DNA from: Pristiophorus japonicus
Lineage: Eukaryota
Direction of reading: 5' to 3'
Assembly: GCF_044704955.1 (NCBI RefSeq)
Contig: NC_091980.1
Span: forward strand, 117,304,001-117,368,000
Length of the DNA: 64,000 nt
Of this stretch, positions 1 to 10,763 are shown piece by piece. A program made the translations under genes and the position numbers. The notes below the pieces were generated by a model. It had not been told where the DNA came from. It searched no databases and saw only the letters and a list, made by a program, of their open reading frames with translations. Numbering within the stretch: position 1 is the stretch's first letter; the number at the start of each line of letters is the position of its first letter.

Positions 1-67
1 TTGTGGGTGAGTTGTGTGTGTGTGGGATGTGTTTGTGGGTGGGTATATGTGCGTGGAGGTGTGGTGT
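1..67. repeat. GT-rich low-complexity tract (continues at 793-990 on the other side of a CR1 insertion)
   Basis: Degenerate (TG)n/TGGG runs on both sides of the CR1 fragment. Confidence 0.85.
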
Positions 68-792
68 GAAACATAGAAACATAGAAATTTGGTGCAGGAG
101 CAGGCCATTCGGCCCTTCAAGCCTGCACCGCTGTTCAATAAGATCATGGCTGATCATTGAACCTCAGTACCCCTTTCCTGCTTTCTCTCCATACCTCTTG
201 ATCCCTTTGGCTGTAAGGGCCATATCTAACTCCCTTTTGAATATATGTAACAAACTGGCCTCAACAACTTTCTGCGGTAGAGAATTCCACAAGTTAACCA
301 CTCTCTGAGTGAAGAAGTTTCTCCTCATCTCGGTCCTAAATGACTTACCCCTTATTCTTAAACTGTGACACCTTGTTGTGGAACTCCCCAGCAACGGGAA
401 CATTCTTCCTGCCTCTAACCTGTCCAATCCCATCAGAATTTTATATGTTTCTATGAGATCCCCTCTCATTCTTCCAAACTTCAGTGGATACAAGCCCAGT
501 TGATCCAGTCTCTCCTCATATGTCAATCCTGCCATCCCAGGAATCAATCTGGTGAACCTTCGCTCTACTCCCTCAATAACAAGAACGTCCTTCCTCAGAT
601 TAGGGGACCAAAACTGAACACAATATTCCAGGTGTGGCCTCACCAAGGCAATGTACAACTGCAGTGAGGCCTCCCTGCTCCTATACTCAAATCCTGTAGC
701 TATGAAGGTCAACATGCCATTTGCCTTCTTCACCACCTGCTGTACCTGCATACCAAACTTCAATGACTGATGTACCATGACACTCAGGTCTT
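68..792 (-). mobile_element. CR1 LINE, 5'-truncated 3' fragment
   Basis: (CATAGAAA)n tail at 68-88; ORF2 C-terminus LVRPHLEYCVQFWSP...FFTQRVVNLWNSLP in ORF 164..994. Confidence 0.95.
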
Positions 793-1216
793 GGGGATAT
801 AGGTTGGGTTTATGTGTGGGTGATTGTGTATGGTTTATGGATGGCGTGTGTTGTTGGGCTGTGGATGGGTGTATGTGTGTTTGTGGGGTGAATGTGTGTG
901 AGTGGGTGTGCATTGGGTTTGTGTGTGAAGTGTGTGGGATGTGAGTGTTTGGGTAGCGTGTACGTATGTGTGGGCAGGGTGGGGGGTGGGGCATAACATA
1001 CCAGTTATCAGTAACCTAAGTCCCTTGAAAATATCCCAGGGAACAATCTTACAATCTGCAGAGGTTTGTGATTTCAGGGAAGACATGTTCTCACCTGTGG
1101 AGGGTTAAATCTGAAAATAAACTGAAAGAGCAGGAAATCAGTGTCACAATTTGGATTGAATTACATTCATTTACACGGAGCAGCATTATAACATGAATAT
1201 GATTTACACAGAGAGA

Positions 1217-1858
1217 GGGGTCGAAATTCGTTTCTTACGCCGCCTGTTACCGCCGGAGAGGGGCGGCTAACGGGCGGCTAAGTGCTTACCGTCAGCGGCG
1301 ACCGGGTTCCTCAGATCTCGGAAAATTTAGTTGGGCGGTTGGGGTGGCGCCAAGATGTACCGCTGCGCGCTCGGCCGCCACCCACATGATGACGTCGAGC
1401 GTGCAACACCCCCTTGCTGCCGCCACTGCAAAATTAGGTGAATACAGTGGCCTTACCGACAGGCATCCGTACAGCCTGGGAAAGCTGGTGGGGCATCGTG
1501 GATCCTGGGGGCAGTAGCGTCCAGAGATCAAGCTAAGTGATTATGTTTGTTTTTTTTAGGATTTATGTATTAATGGGACCAATGGGGAAGTGTCGGTGTG
1601 GGTGAGGGAAATTGTCAAACTTTTTTTTCCTTTCTCTTCCTCTCGCATGCCGACAGCTTACCGTCGGGAAATTCAGTAGGCCTCCTGAGATGCCGCAGCA
1701 TTGGCCCCCAAGGACGAGTGTGCAACGGCACTTTTAGCGCTGCTCTCTCACCTTTGGGCGGCAAAACTGAATTTGTGGCAACACCTACCGCCTGCCGTTA
1801 AAATCAGGACTCAGCCGGTGTCACCGTCTCAAAAATGGCGGGACCAAATTTCGACCCC
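1217..1858. mobile_element. Non-autonomous PIF/Harbinger-type MITE
   Basis: Perfect terminal inverted repeat GGGGTCGAAATT...AATTTCGACCCC (extends to 14 bp, 1215-1228/1847-1860); GC-rich non-coding interior. Confidence 0.75.
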
Positions 1859-2094
1859 TCAATGGATAGACATTGAATTAGAGCTGTGCAGACTTTAGGA
1901 AATCTGCAGTAAGTGCTTCCTTATTCTGTAATGTTGAGTTCCAATATTTACCTCTCTGGGCAGGTTAGATTACAGACACCACACACCACCCAAAAAAAAA
2001 CAATTTCCAATAAGGAATACCTATTACACTATTTATTATTTTATACCCCTGGTACCTCTGCCCTGCTTCAATAGAAATCTGTTGTCTCCTTTAG

Positions 2095-2241
2095 CTGTAT
2101 TTGAAGCAGTGAAGACCGGCGGAGCCCCAGGGACGACGGTTCTGCTGTGGATTGTTGCTGTTGTGGGAGGCCTGCTTTTAATTATTGCTGTCGTTATTCT
2201 CATCTACAAGAAAACCACTTCTTCCTCCCGCACCAAGATCG
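2095..2241 (+). CDS. Transmembrane exon of a type I membrane receptor (host gene; upstream exons not identified in this window)
   Basis: Acceptor ctcctttag|CT and donor ATCG|gtaag, phase 1/1; encodes AVFEAVKTGGAPGTT-VLLWIVAVVGGLLLIIAVVILIY-KKTTSSSRTKI (TM plus basic stop-transfer). Confidence 0.85.
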
Positions 2242-2638
2242 GTAAGATTGGCTTCACTGCTCGCCTGCTCTCACTCTCATATATATGTGAAATCTTGCCA
2301 CTAAGTAATACCTATGGATAAATCTTTGTCTTTATCGTCACCTATGCTGAACACAGAGAGGAAAATCGGGAGGGGAGAAACACACATCCCCAACAGAACC
2401 TCATGCTTTTCTTTCCTTGTAAATCAACGGAAGGAAAATGGGACGGGTTCTGTCTAGTTTTGCCTTCTGCGCTCCCCCCCAATGTGCTGTTTAAAGAAGG
2501 AAATCCAGCCCACTGTTCTGAAATGTAATTCTGTGGACAAAGTTACACCAACATAAATTATTGAAACAATATCCAAATGAATGGGATAGAATGAAACACT
2601 CTATGATACAGAGCTCATGTTTCTGTTCTTTGATGCAG

Positions 2639-2723
2639 CAAATTTGAGGGAAAATCTGAGTCTGGACATCAGAGTGGAATCCGCTTATGAAAACGTCTAT
2701 TACAAGGCACATGAACAAGAGCG
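2639..2723 (+). CDS. Cytoplasmic exon with ITIM-like motif SAYENV
   Basis: Acceptor ttctttgatgcag|CA and donor GCG|gtatg; phase 1 matches the upstream exon; reads ANLRENLSLDIRVESAYENVYYKAHEQER. Confidence 0.8.
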
Positions 2724-2856
2724 GTATGTTTAGATTGCAAGTATCACCCTGGGAAGTCTATCTATTGGTTTACATCCATGTAAAGTAGAGATCCTCAAAT
2801 CCTTCACTGTTGACACCAACAGTAGTGAAGCTCTTGGAGACACCACTGAATCATCA

Positions 2857-3175
2857 TTGATGGGTTTTTATAAAGTAGATCGGGAGCGACCGTTTCCACT
2901 TACAGGAGGGTTGGTAACCAGAGGCCACATATTTAAGATAATTGGCAAAAAAATTCAGAGGTGGCATGAGGAGAATTTATTTTATGCAGTGGGTTCTAAT
3001 GATCTGAAATGCACTGCCTGCAAGGGTGGTGGAAGCTGATTCAGTAGTAATTTGAAAAAAGGAATTGGAGAGGAGAAATTTGCATGGCTATGGGAAAAGT
3101 GCCAATTGGATAACAGCACAGACATAATGGGCTGAATGGCCTCCTTCTGTGCTGTATGATTGTATGATTCTAACT
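2857..3175 (+). mobile_element. Old CR1-type 3' fragment (intronic)
   Basis: KVDRERPFPL...TRGH motif and atgggctgaatggcctccttctgtgctgtatgatt tail. Confidence 0.75.
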
Positions 3176-3279
3176 GTAGACTAGGTGAGAATTCTCTCAC
3201 TGCTACACTTCCAGTGTGTTTGTAAATAAAACCAGTTGTTGGTTCAGAATCTGATGAACAGTCGGTTGACAGTTTCTTG

Positions 3280-4175
3280 ACCCCTCCATGGTCTCTAAAT
3301 TGTCAGACTGCTTGTCGGACATCCAGTTCTGGATGAGCAGAAATTTTCTCCAATTAAATATTGGGAAGACCAAAGCCATTGCTTTTGGTCCCCGCCGCAA
3401 ACTACGTTCCCTAGCCACCGACTCCATCCCTCTCCCTAGCATCTGTCTGAGGCTGAACCAGACTGTTCGCAACCTAGGCATCATATTTGACCCTGAAATG
3501 AATTTCCGGCCACATATCCGCGGCATAACTAAAACCGCCTATTTCCACCTCCGTAACATTGACCATCTCCGCCCCTGCCTCAGCTCTTCTGCTGCTGAAA
3601 CCCTCATCTATGCCTTTGTTACCTCTAGACTTGACTACCCCCAACCCACTCCTGGCTGGCCTCCCACATTCTACCCTATGCAAACTTGAGGTCATCCAAA
3701 ACTATCCTAACTCTTCCCAAGTCCCGTTTACCCATCACCCCTGTGCTCGCCGACCTACATTGTCTCCTGGTGAAGCAACACCTCGATTTCAAAATTCTCA
3801 CCCTTGTTTACAAATCCCTCCATGGCCACACCCCTCCCTATCTCTGTAATCTCTTTCAGCCCCATAACCACCCGAGATATCTATGCTCCTCAAATTCTTC
3901 CCTCTTAAGCATCCCTGATTATAACTGTTCAACCATCGGTGGCCATGCTTTCAGCTGTCCTAAGCTCTGGAACTCCCTCCCTAAACCTTTCTTTCTTCCT
4001 TTAAGACACTCTTTAAAACCTACCTCTTTGACCAACCTTTTGGTCATCTGCCATAATTTCTTCTTATGTGGCTCGGTGTCAAATTATTTTTTTTGTTGTA
4101 TAAAACTCCTGCGAAGCATCTTGGGGACATTTTACGATGTTAAAAGCGTTATATAAATATAAGTTGTTGTTGTTG
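3280..4175 (+). mobile_element. L2 LINE 3' fragment (intronic)
   Basis: WMSRNFLQLNIGKTK, VRNLGIIFD, AFVTSRLDY, ITPVLADLH, KLWNSLP; (TTG)n tail. Confidence 0.9.
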
Positions 4176-4273
4176 TAATCAGTTCACTTTTGGAATAGAA
4201 GAACATCAGGAGGTGGCATGTGATACCTTCTAGCCAAAATAAGGTCCTCTGTTACTCTCTATTGTTTACTTAG

Positions 4274-4379
4274 ATATAATGCAAGGAGAGATACACTCCA
4301 AATTATAGGGAATGTGAGGACTACTTACAGAATCTCCAGTGATGCTGAACCTCAGAAAATAATTTACGTAAAAACGTGA
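4274..4379 (+). CDS. Probable terminal coding exon of the same receptor
   Basis: Acceptor tgtttacttag|A, phase 2 matches the previous donor; reads (R)YNARRDTLQIIGNVRTTYRISSDAEPQKIIYVKT*; AATAAA follows at 4443. Confidence 0.65.
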
Positions 4380-4442
4380 CAGCCGTCATATGCTTATGTT
4401 GCTGACAAAAGTTTCCAATTTTTTTTAAAAGTTAGTTTTAAT

Positions 4443-4448
4443 AATAAA
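4443..4448 (+). promoter_or_regulatory. Candidate polyadenylation signal of the receptor gene
   Basis: AATAAA about 60 nt after the predicted stop; AT-rich context, so it could be chance. Confidence 0.45.
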
Positions 4449-4489
4449 ATATGCAAATATAATTGGTATTGATACATTTTTCAACCTTT

Positions 4490-6940
4490 ATAAGAACATA
4501 AGAACATAGGAGAAGGTGTAGGCCCCTTGAGCCTGCTTTGGCATTCAATAAGATCATGGCTGATCTTCTACCTCAACTCCACTTTCCTGCACTATCCCCA
4601 TATCCTTTGATTCCCTTAATATCCAAAAATCTATCGATCTCTGTCTTGAATATACTCAAAGGCTGAGCCTCCACAACCCTCTGGGGTAGAGAATTCCAGA
4701 GATTCACCACACTCTGAGTGAAGATGTTTCTCCTCATCTCAGTCCTAAATGGCCAACCCCTTATTCTGAGATTGTGACTCCTGGTTCTAGACTCCTCAGC
4801 CAGAGGAAACATCCTCCCTGCATCTACCCTGTCAAGCCCTGTTGTAATTTTGTATGTTTCGATGAGATCATCTCTCCTTCTAACAAACTCTAGAGAATAT
4901 AGGCCTAGACTACTCAATCTCTCTTCACAGGACAATCCCCCCCATCCCAGGAATCAGTCTGGTAAACCTTCATTGCACTTCCTCAATGGCAAGTATATCC
5001 TTCCTTAGGTCCCTATATAATTGCAGTAATTACTCTTATACTCAAATTCTCTTGTAGTAAAGGTCTACATACCATTTGCTTTCTTAATTGCTTGCTGTAC
5101 CTGCATGTTAACTTTCAGTGATTAGTGTACAAGGACACCCAGGTTCCTCTGAACACCAACATTTCCCAATCTCTCACCATTTAAAAAATACTCTGCTTTT
5201 CTATGTTTCCTATCAAAGCGAATAACATCACATTTCTCTACACTATATTCCATTTACCATGTTCTTCTCCACTCACTTAGCCTGTCTACATCCCCTTGAA
5301 GTCTCTTTGCATCCTCCTCAACACTTATTATCCCACCTAGCTTTATATCATCAGCAAACTTGGATATATTACATTTGGTCCCCTCATCCAAATCATTGAT
5401 ATAGATTGTGAATAGCTGGGACCCAAGTGGGACCCACCGATCCTTGTGGTATCCCACTAGTTACAGCCTGTCAACCTGAAAATGACCCGTTTATTCCTAC
5501 TCTCTGTTTTCTGTCCGTTAACCAATCCTCAAACCCCCCAATCCCATGAGCCCTAATTTTGTTCAATAACCTCGTGTGTGGCATCTTATCAAATGCCTTC
5601 TGAAAATCCAAATACACCACATCCACTGGTCATCCCTTATCTATTTTGCTAGTTACAACCTCAAAAAACCCTAACAGATTTGTCAAACATGATTTCCCTT
5701 TCATAAATCCATGTTGACACTGCCCAATTCTATTATTATTTTCTAAGTGCCCTGTTACCACGTCCTTAATAATAGATTCTAGCATTTTCCCTACCACTGA
5801 TGTCAGACTAACTGGTCTGTAGTTCCCCATTTTCTCTCTCCCTCCTTTCTCAAATAGTGGGGTTACATTAGCTACCTTCCAATCTGCAGGAACCGTTCTA
5901 GAATCTATAGAATTTTGGAAGGTGACCACCAATGCCTCCACTATCTCTATAGCCACCTCTTTCAAAACCCTAGGATGTTAGCCATCAGGTCCAGGGGATT
6001 TATCGGCTTTCAGTCCCATTAATTTGTCCAGTATTATTTTTTTACTAATACTAATTTCTTTCAATTCCCCATTCTCGCTAGACCCCTGATACTCCACTAT
6101 TTCTGGGAGGTTTGTTGTGTCTTCTTCTGTGAAGACTCATACAAAGTATTTGTTTAATTTCTCTGCCATTTCCTTATGCTCCATTATAATTTCTCCTGTC
6201 TCTCAGCCTGTTGGTGACCCGCATTTACTTTTGCTAATCTTTTCCTTTTTACATACCTATAGAAGCTTTTATAGTCTGGTTTGATGTCTCTTGCTAGTTT
6301 ACTCTCATATTCCATTTTCCCTTTCTTTATCAATTTCTTGGTCCTCCTTTGCTGAATTCTAAAATCCTCCTAATCCTCAGGCTTACTGCTCTTGATGGCA
6401 ATATTATAAGCCTCGTTCTTTCATCTAATACTATCTTTAACTTCTCTTGTTAGCCATGATTGGATCACTTTTCTTGTGGGGTTTTTGTGCCTTAAAAGAA
6501 TGTATGTTTGTTGTAAATTATGTATTTAAATGCTAGCCATTGCTTGTCTACTGTCATACCTTTTAAAGCAGTTTCCCAATCTACCTTAGCCAACTCTCCC
6601 CTCATACCTACGTAGTTTCCTTTGTTTAGATTTAAGACCCCAGTTTCGGATTTAACTAAAGCACTTTCAAACTTAATATAAAATTCAATCATATTATGGT
6701 TACTCTTTCTTAAAGGCCCCTTTATTAAAAGGTTATTAATTAACGCTTTCTCATTATACAATTCTAAATCTAAAATAGCCCGCTCTCTAGTTGGTTTCTC
6801 AAAATACTGATCTAGAAAATCATCTTGTATACATTCCATTAATTCGTCCTCCACACTGTTACTGCATATTTAGTTTGCCCAGTCTATATGTAGATTAATG
6901 CCCCCATGATTATTGTATTACATTTGTTACATGCACCTGT
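4490..6940 (-). mobile_element. CR1 LINE, degenerate, 5'-truncated
   Basis: (CATAAGAA)n tail; broken EN and RT fragments (NYRPVSLTSVVGKMLE, SKFADD). Confidence 0.93.
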
Positions 6941-7827
6941 GAAATTAATCAGAAAATGCTGGAAAAAAGCAGTAGGCCATCCACCATTTATAAAAGAGAA
7001 GTCAGGTTCATGTTTTGGGTGTTTCAGTATCCTAGGAACTCAGACCCGATCTGACTTTTCTCTTTATGGTGACTGACCTGCTGTGTGTTTCCAGCATTTT
7101 CTGTTTTTATTTCAGATTTAAAAAAATCTCTGCAATAACTATTGTGTACTTCTAAAGATCTTTCTTTTATTTCAGTGAAACTGATTAGAGGGAACAGTGA
7201 AGGATGGAGTGACTTTGCCTGCAATCATATTTCGCAAATACACTGCTAGAATTTCCTCTCAAATCGCCCAGTTACTGCCCAGTTACTGCCTGTTTTCATA
7301 GAAAATGGAAATTACCGCCCATTACCACTCCCAATTAGCAGTAATTTGGGCCTACCATTACCGCTGGCGCTGCTGCAAATTGCCCGCCCACTTTGGAGTT
7401 CAAAAAAAGTCAGAAAATTGCCTCCCAGCCCTAGGTTCCATTAAAATCCATTTTTTAAGGCCCACTACTGCCCGTTAACGCTGCACTGGATATCGCCCGT
7501 TTCTGGAGTACTTACCTGACTTGGGCCCAGCCCTATGACTCCCTCCATTTTGCTTGCAGCTTCACAATGGTCCAAAAGATCGTGGCTAATGATGAAAAGT
7601 CATTTTTGATGCAAGTGTAATGATATGTGCTGTACATATTAACAGACATGTGAGGCTTCGACAACATGACCACCACTACCATACTTAAGTGATTCTATGC
7701 AGAAAATGAACTTTTGTATCATTTGAATGTGATTGGGAGAATTGGGGGAACCTTTTGTTCAGTAGGCTTTGGGCTGACATATATGCTGAGTTTCTGCTAT
7801 AAATTGGTTCTGTGTTAGCTGATAATA

Positions 7828-7925
7828 AGAACATAAGAAATAGGAACAAGATTAGGCCATACGGCCCCTCGAGCCTGCTCCGCCATTTAATACGATCATG
7901 GCTGATCCGATCATGGACTCAGGTT
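7828..7925 (-). mobile_element. Short CR1 3'-tail insertion inside the Harbinger element
   Basis: taagaacataagaaatagga...gatcatggctgatc matches the 3' ends of the other CR1 copies. Confidence 0.75.
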
Positions 7926-8211
7926 CACAGATTGACACTTCGACTCTGTGGTGGACTGGAACATCACCTCACCAACGTGCAAACATTGTATCAGGAAGTC
8001 TATGAAGGATTGTGACCTGTAAAAGCCTTGCAAATGATTGGATTGTGTAATAAAAAAGTTCTCCTATTCTAACGGGTATTCAAAGAGGCTCATTGTCTTA
8101 GACACACACCAGGCACTGCATTAACTCCCAGTACAGGATTACAGAGAGAAAGGGGCTCACTGTCTCACACAGAAGGGAGAGGGGTTGTGTCCATGCAATG
8201 GGGCCTCATCC

Positions 8212-8412
8212 ATGTCACTGTGTGTACATAACGACCTGAAGAGGGGGAGGTGGGGGGGGCGGGGGGGAGAAGAGAGTCAGTCAGTGGGTGTACAAGGAGA
8301 CCTGAGGGGGGGAGGGGGGAGAAAGGGAGTCAGTCACTGGGTGTACAAGGAGACTTGAAGGGGGGGTGGGGGGCGGTGGTCGAGGAGTGAGAAGGGAGTC
8401 ACTAGGTGTACA
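8212..8412. repeat. G-rich degenerate tandem repeat (about 60-bp unit)
   Basis: GTCACTGGGTGTACA-like core recurs about 4 times, separated by G runs. Confidence 0.65.
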
Positions 8413-9287
8413 TCCAAGTAACCGTTCTTCACGTGGCTTGACAGTGTGGTTGTGGGGCTATTCAACTGTAGCAGGCATCACAACTGTAATGTATGCACCT
8501 GTGAGGATGCTCACAGGTTGGTAGAGCTGTTGCATTGTGAGTGGCTTACCCAGTTATGTGATGTTCACAAGACTCAAAAAAACCCCAGTCAGTTGGGTCT
8601 AGGTCATCCAAGATAAGGTATGCGTTTACAAGGGACACCGTCAATCACACATTTAAAGTTGTCTTTCCTAAAAGTTGTGAAATGGGATATATTTTCCCCT
8701 TCCCAGAAGTGAGAGAGACACAGTACAATAATGGTTTAGTTGAATAAAATTTTATATAAAAGTAGTAATTTTTAAAAATGTTAACAATGTAATAAAATAA
8801 AAAAATTTTATGAATACAAATTTTCACAACAAACATTATAAAGAACAAACAGCAACAACAACAACAACATCAACAACAGTATAAACAGCACTGAAAAGAC
8901 CCTGCACCCTCCCACAATTCTACCTCGGCCACCTTTCCCAATGCCTTTCCTCCTCAATCCCCCCCCGCACTCCCTTGGCCCTGACCCCTTCCTCCTTCCC
9001 CCGCTAACGAATTTGACAGCACACACCGAGCACACACATACATACGTACATACACAATATATTGGTATACATCCCCAGTTAACCGTCCCCCAGACCTTTC
9101 GTCAACAACTGCACAATTTAAGTTTTGTTAGATTGCAAATGTACACATGATGAACACATTAAAATGCAGAGGACTAAGACAATGAGATCGATGATGGGAA
9201 ATAAAAATGACACCAAGCTTTACAACATCGTAAAACATGTGATTAATCAGAGTAAATCGTCAATGCATGATAAAAGTTAGTACTTAC

Positions 9288-9533
9288 TCTCGCAGATCCA
9301 ACAATGTCATTCCACCGTTTGTGGCACTGGTTCGGCCTCCGCATCACGGGCACGACAGAGGAAACCGCCTCAGCGATCTCTCGCCATAACCGCTGATACA
9401 TAAATGGTGATGGTTTTCCTCGCCCACCCCGTGTTAACTCATGCCAACGGGCCTCCACTTCGCCCAGCATTGCCTCCTGGGCTTCCTTCGAGAAATGAGT
9501 GGCCCTTTTTCTCCCACCTAACTCCCTCTCCAC
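9288..9533 (-). pseudogene. Harbinger Myb/SANT-like DNA-binding protein, exon 1
   Basis: RKRATHFSKEAQEAMLGEV...LWREIAEAVSS...RRPNQCHKRWND, followed by a GTAAGT donor. Confidence 0.85.
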
Positions 9534-10174
9534 TTACATGGCTTGATTCTTCATTCTTTGCATATTGATTTGATATATATATACTTATTTTTCAATTTAA
9601 ATATTTATTTATTTATTATTGTTGTTATTATTATTTTTCAGATTTATTATTATTAGTTATATTATTAAATATATTCTTTTATAATATATAATTGTGAAAA
9701 TAGTAAAGAACCCTCAAAAAACCTGACAAATCCTCACAGCTCCTCTCCCACTGACATGCACTAACCTCTGCAGCCTCAAAATGTTGAGTGCTGTCCTTCT
9801 CTTCTCTGCGCATGTGCGGGGTCACCCTTGTTGCCGAAATCGTGGGAGAATGGCTGCTCATGCGCAGAGAAGCGTTTCCAGCCCTTTCAGACAATGGTTC
9901 AACTTTGCTTTATACAGGTAAGCTGATCACCGACTTTGGTCCCGCTTTGGCCGCCTGCTGCACTCTGCTCCCGCACCGCTTCGCTGCCGCCGACATGGAC
10001 CATCCGAAAACCTCGGGAGCACGCACCAGTGGTATTCTGGCGGTTGAAAAGGCACACCGTCAGAATACCGCCAAGGATTGGGCGGGGGCAATCTGCATGT
10101 AAATTCTAGCCCACTGTGTTTACCTGTTATTATGGGAACGAAAGAAATGTTTGCTGATTTCTTTTTGCCTAGAA

Positions 10175-10420
10175 AATAGAACATAGAAACATAGAAATTT
10201 ACAGCGCAGAAGGAGGCCATTTTGGCCCATCATGTCCACGCCGGTCGACAAAGAGCCACACGGCCCTCGGTCAGCAGCCCTGAAGGTTACATATAAACCT
10301 ATGAACAATGAACAATGGCGGATAGGTAAAGAGCATCCAGCCCAACCAGTCCGCCCCTCACAACTGCGACACCCCCTGCACCACAACATTCTGCACTCCA
10401 CCCCAACCGGAGCCATGTTG
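10175..10420 (-). mobile_element. CR1-tailed retroposon 3' fragment
   Basis: aacatagaaacatagaaatttacagcgcagaaggaggccat tail. Confidence 0.65.
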
Positions 10421-10763
10421 TTACTGCTCAGTTACTCATGTTATTGTTCAGGATATACACAGGCATTGATGGGCTAACACCCTGTTCTTGGATAATTTTG
10501 GATTTTTACATAGAATTACAAAGAATATAAAGCACAGAAACAGGCCATTCGGCCCAACTAGTCTGTGCTCCACATGAGTCTCCTCCCATTCCATCTACCT
10601 CACTCAGCTTTTCAAAATATCCTTCTTTTCATTTTTCTCTCATGCACTCATCTAATTTTGTTTTGAAAGCACCTAAGCTATTTGCCTCAACCACGTCCTG
10701 TGGTTTCTTTTCATATGTTAAAGAAAATCAGATTGCTTGTCCCCTCCTACCATCCAATGCTCT

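Larger units (their letters stand above)
7245..10112 (-). mobile_element. Deleted PIF/Harbinger element carrying a Myb/SANT first exon
   Basis: Termini GCTAGAATTT (7245) / AAATTCTAGCCC (10101-10112), ACT on both flanks; internal Myb/SANT exon. Confidence 0.7.

Noticed and set aside
793-1086. His/Thr/Pro-rich N-terminal extension of ORF 164..994 and ORF 835..1086
   Set aside because: Translation of a GT-rich microsatellite fused by chance to the CR1 frame
1060-1105. Possible additional small receptor exon upstream of the TM exon
   Set aside because: Weak donor and no recognisable peptide
8485-8630. Possible solo LTR (TGTAATG...TTTACA)
   Set aside because: No TSD and it looks truncated; boundaries cannot be supported
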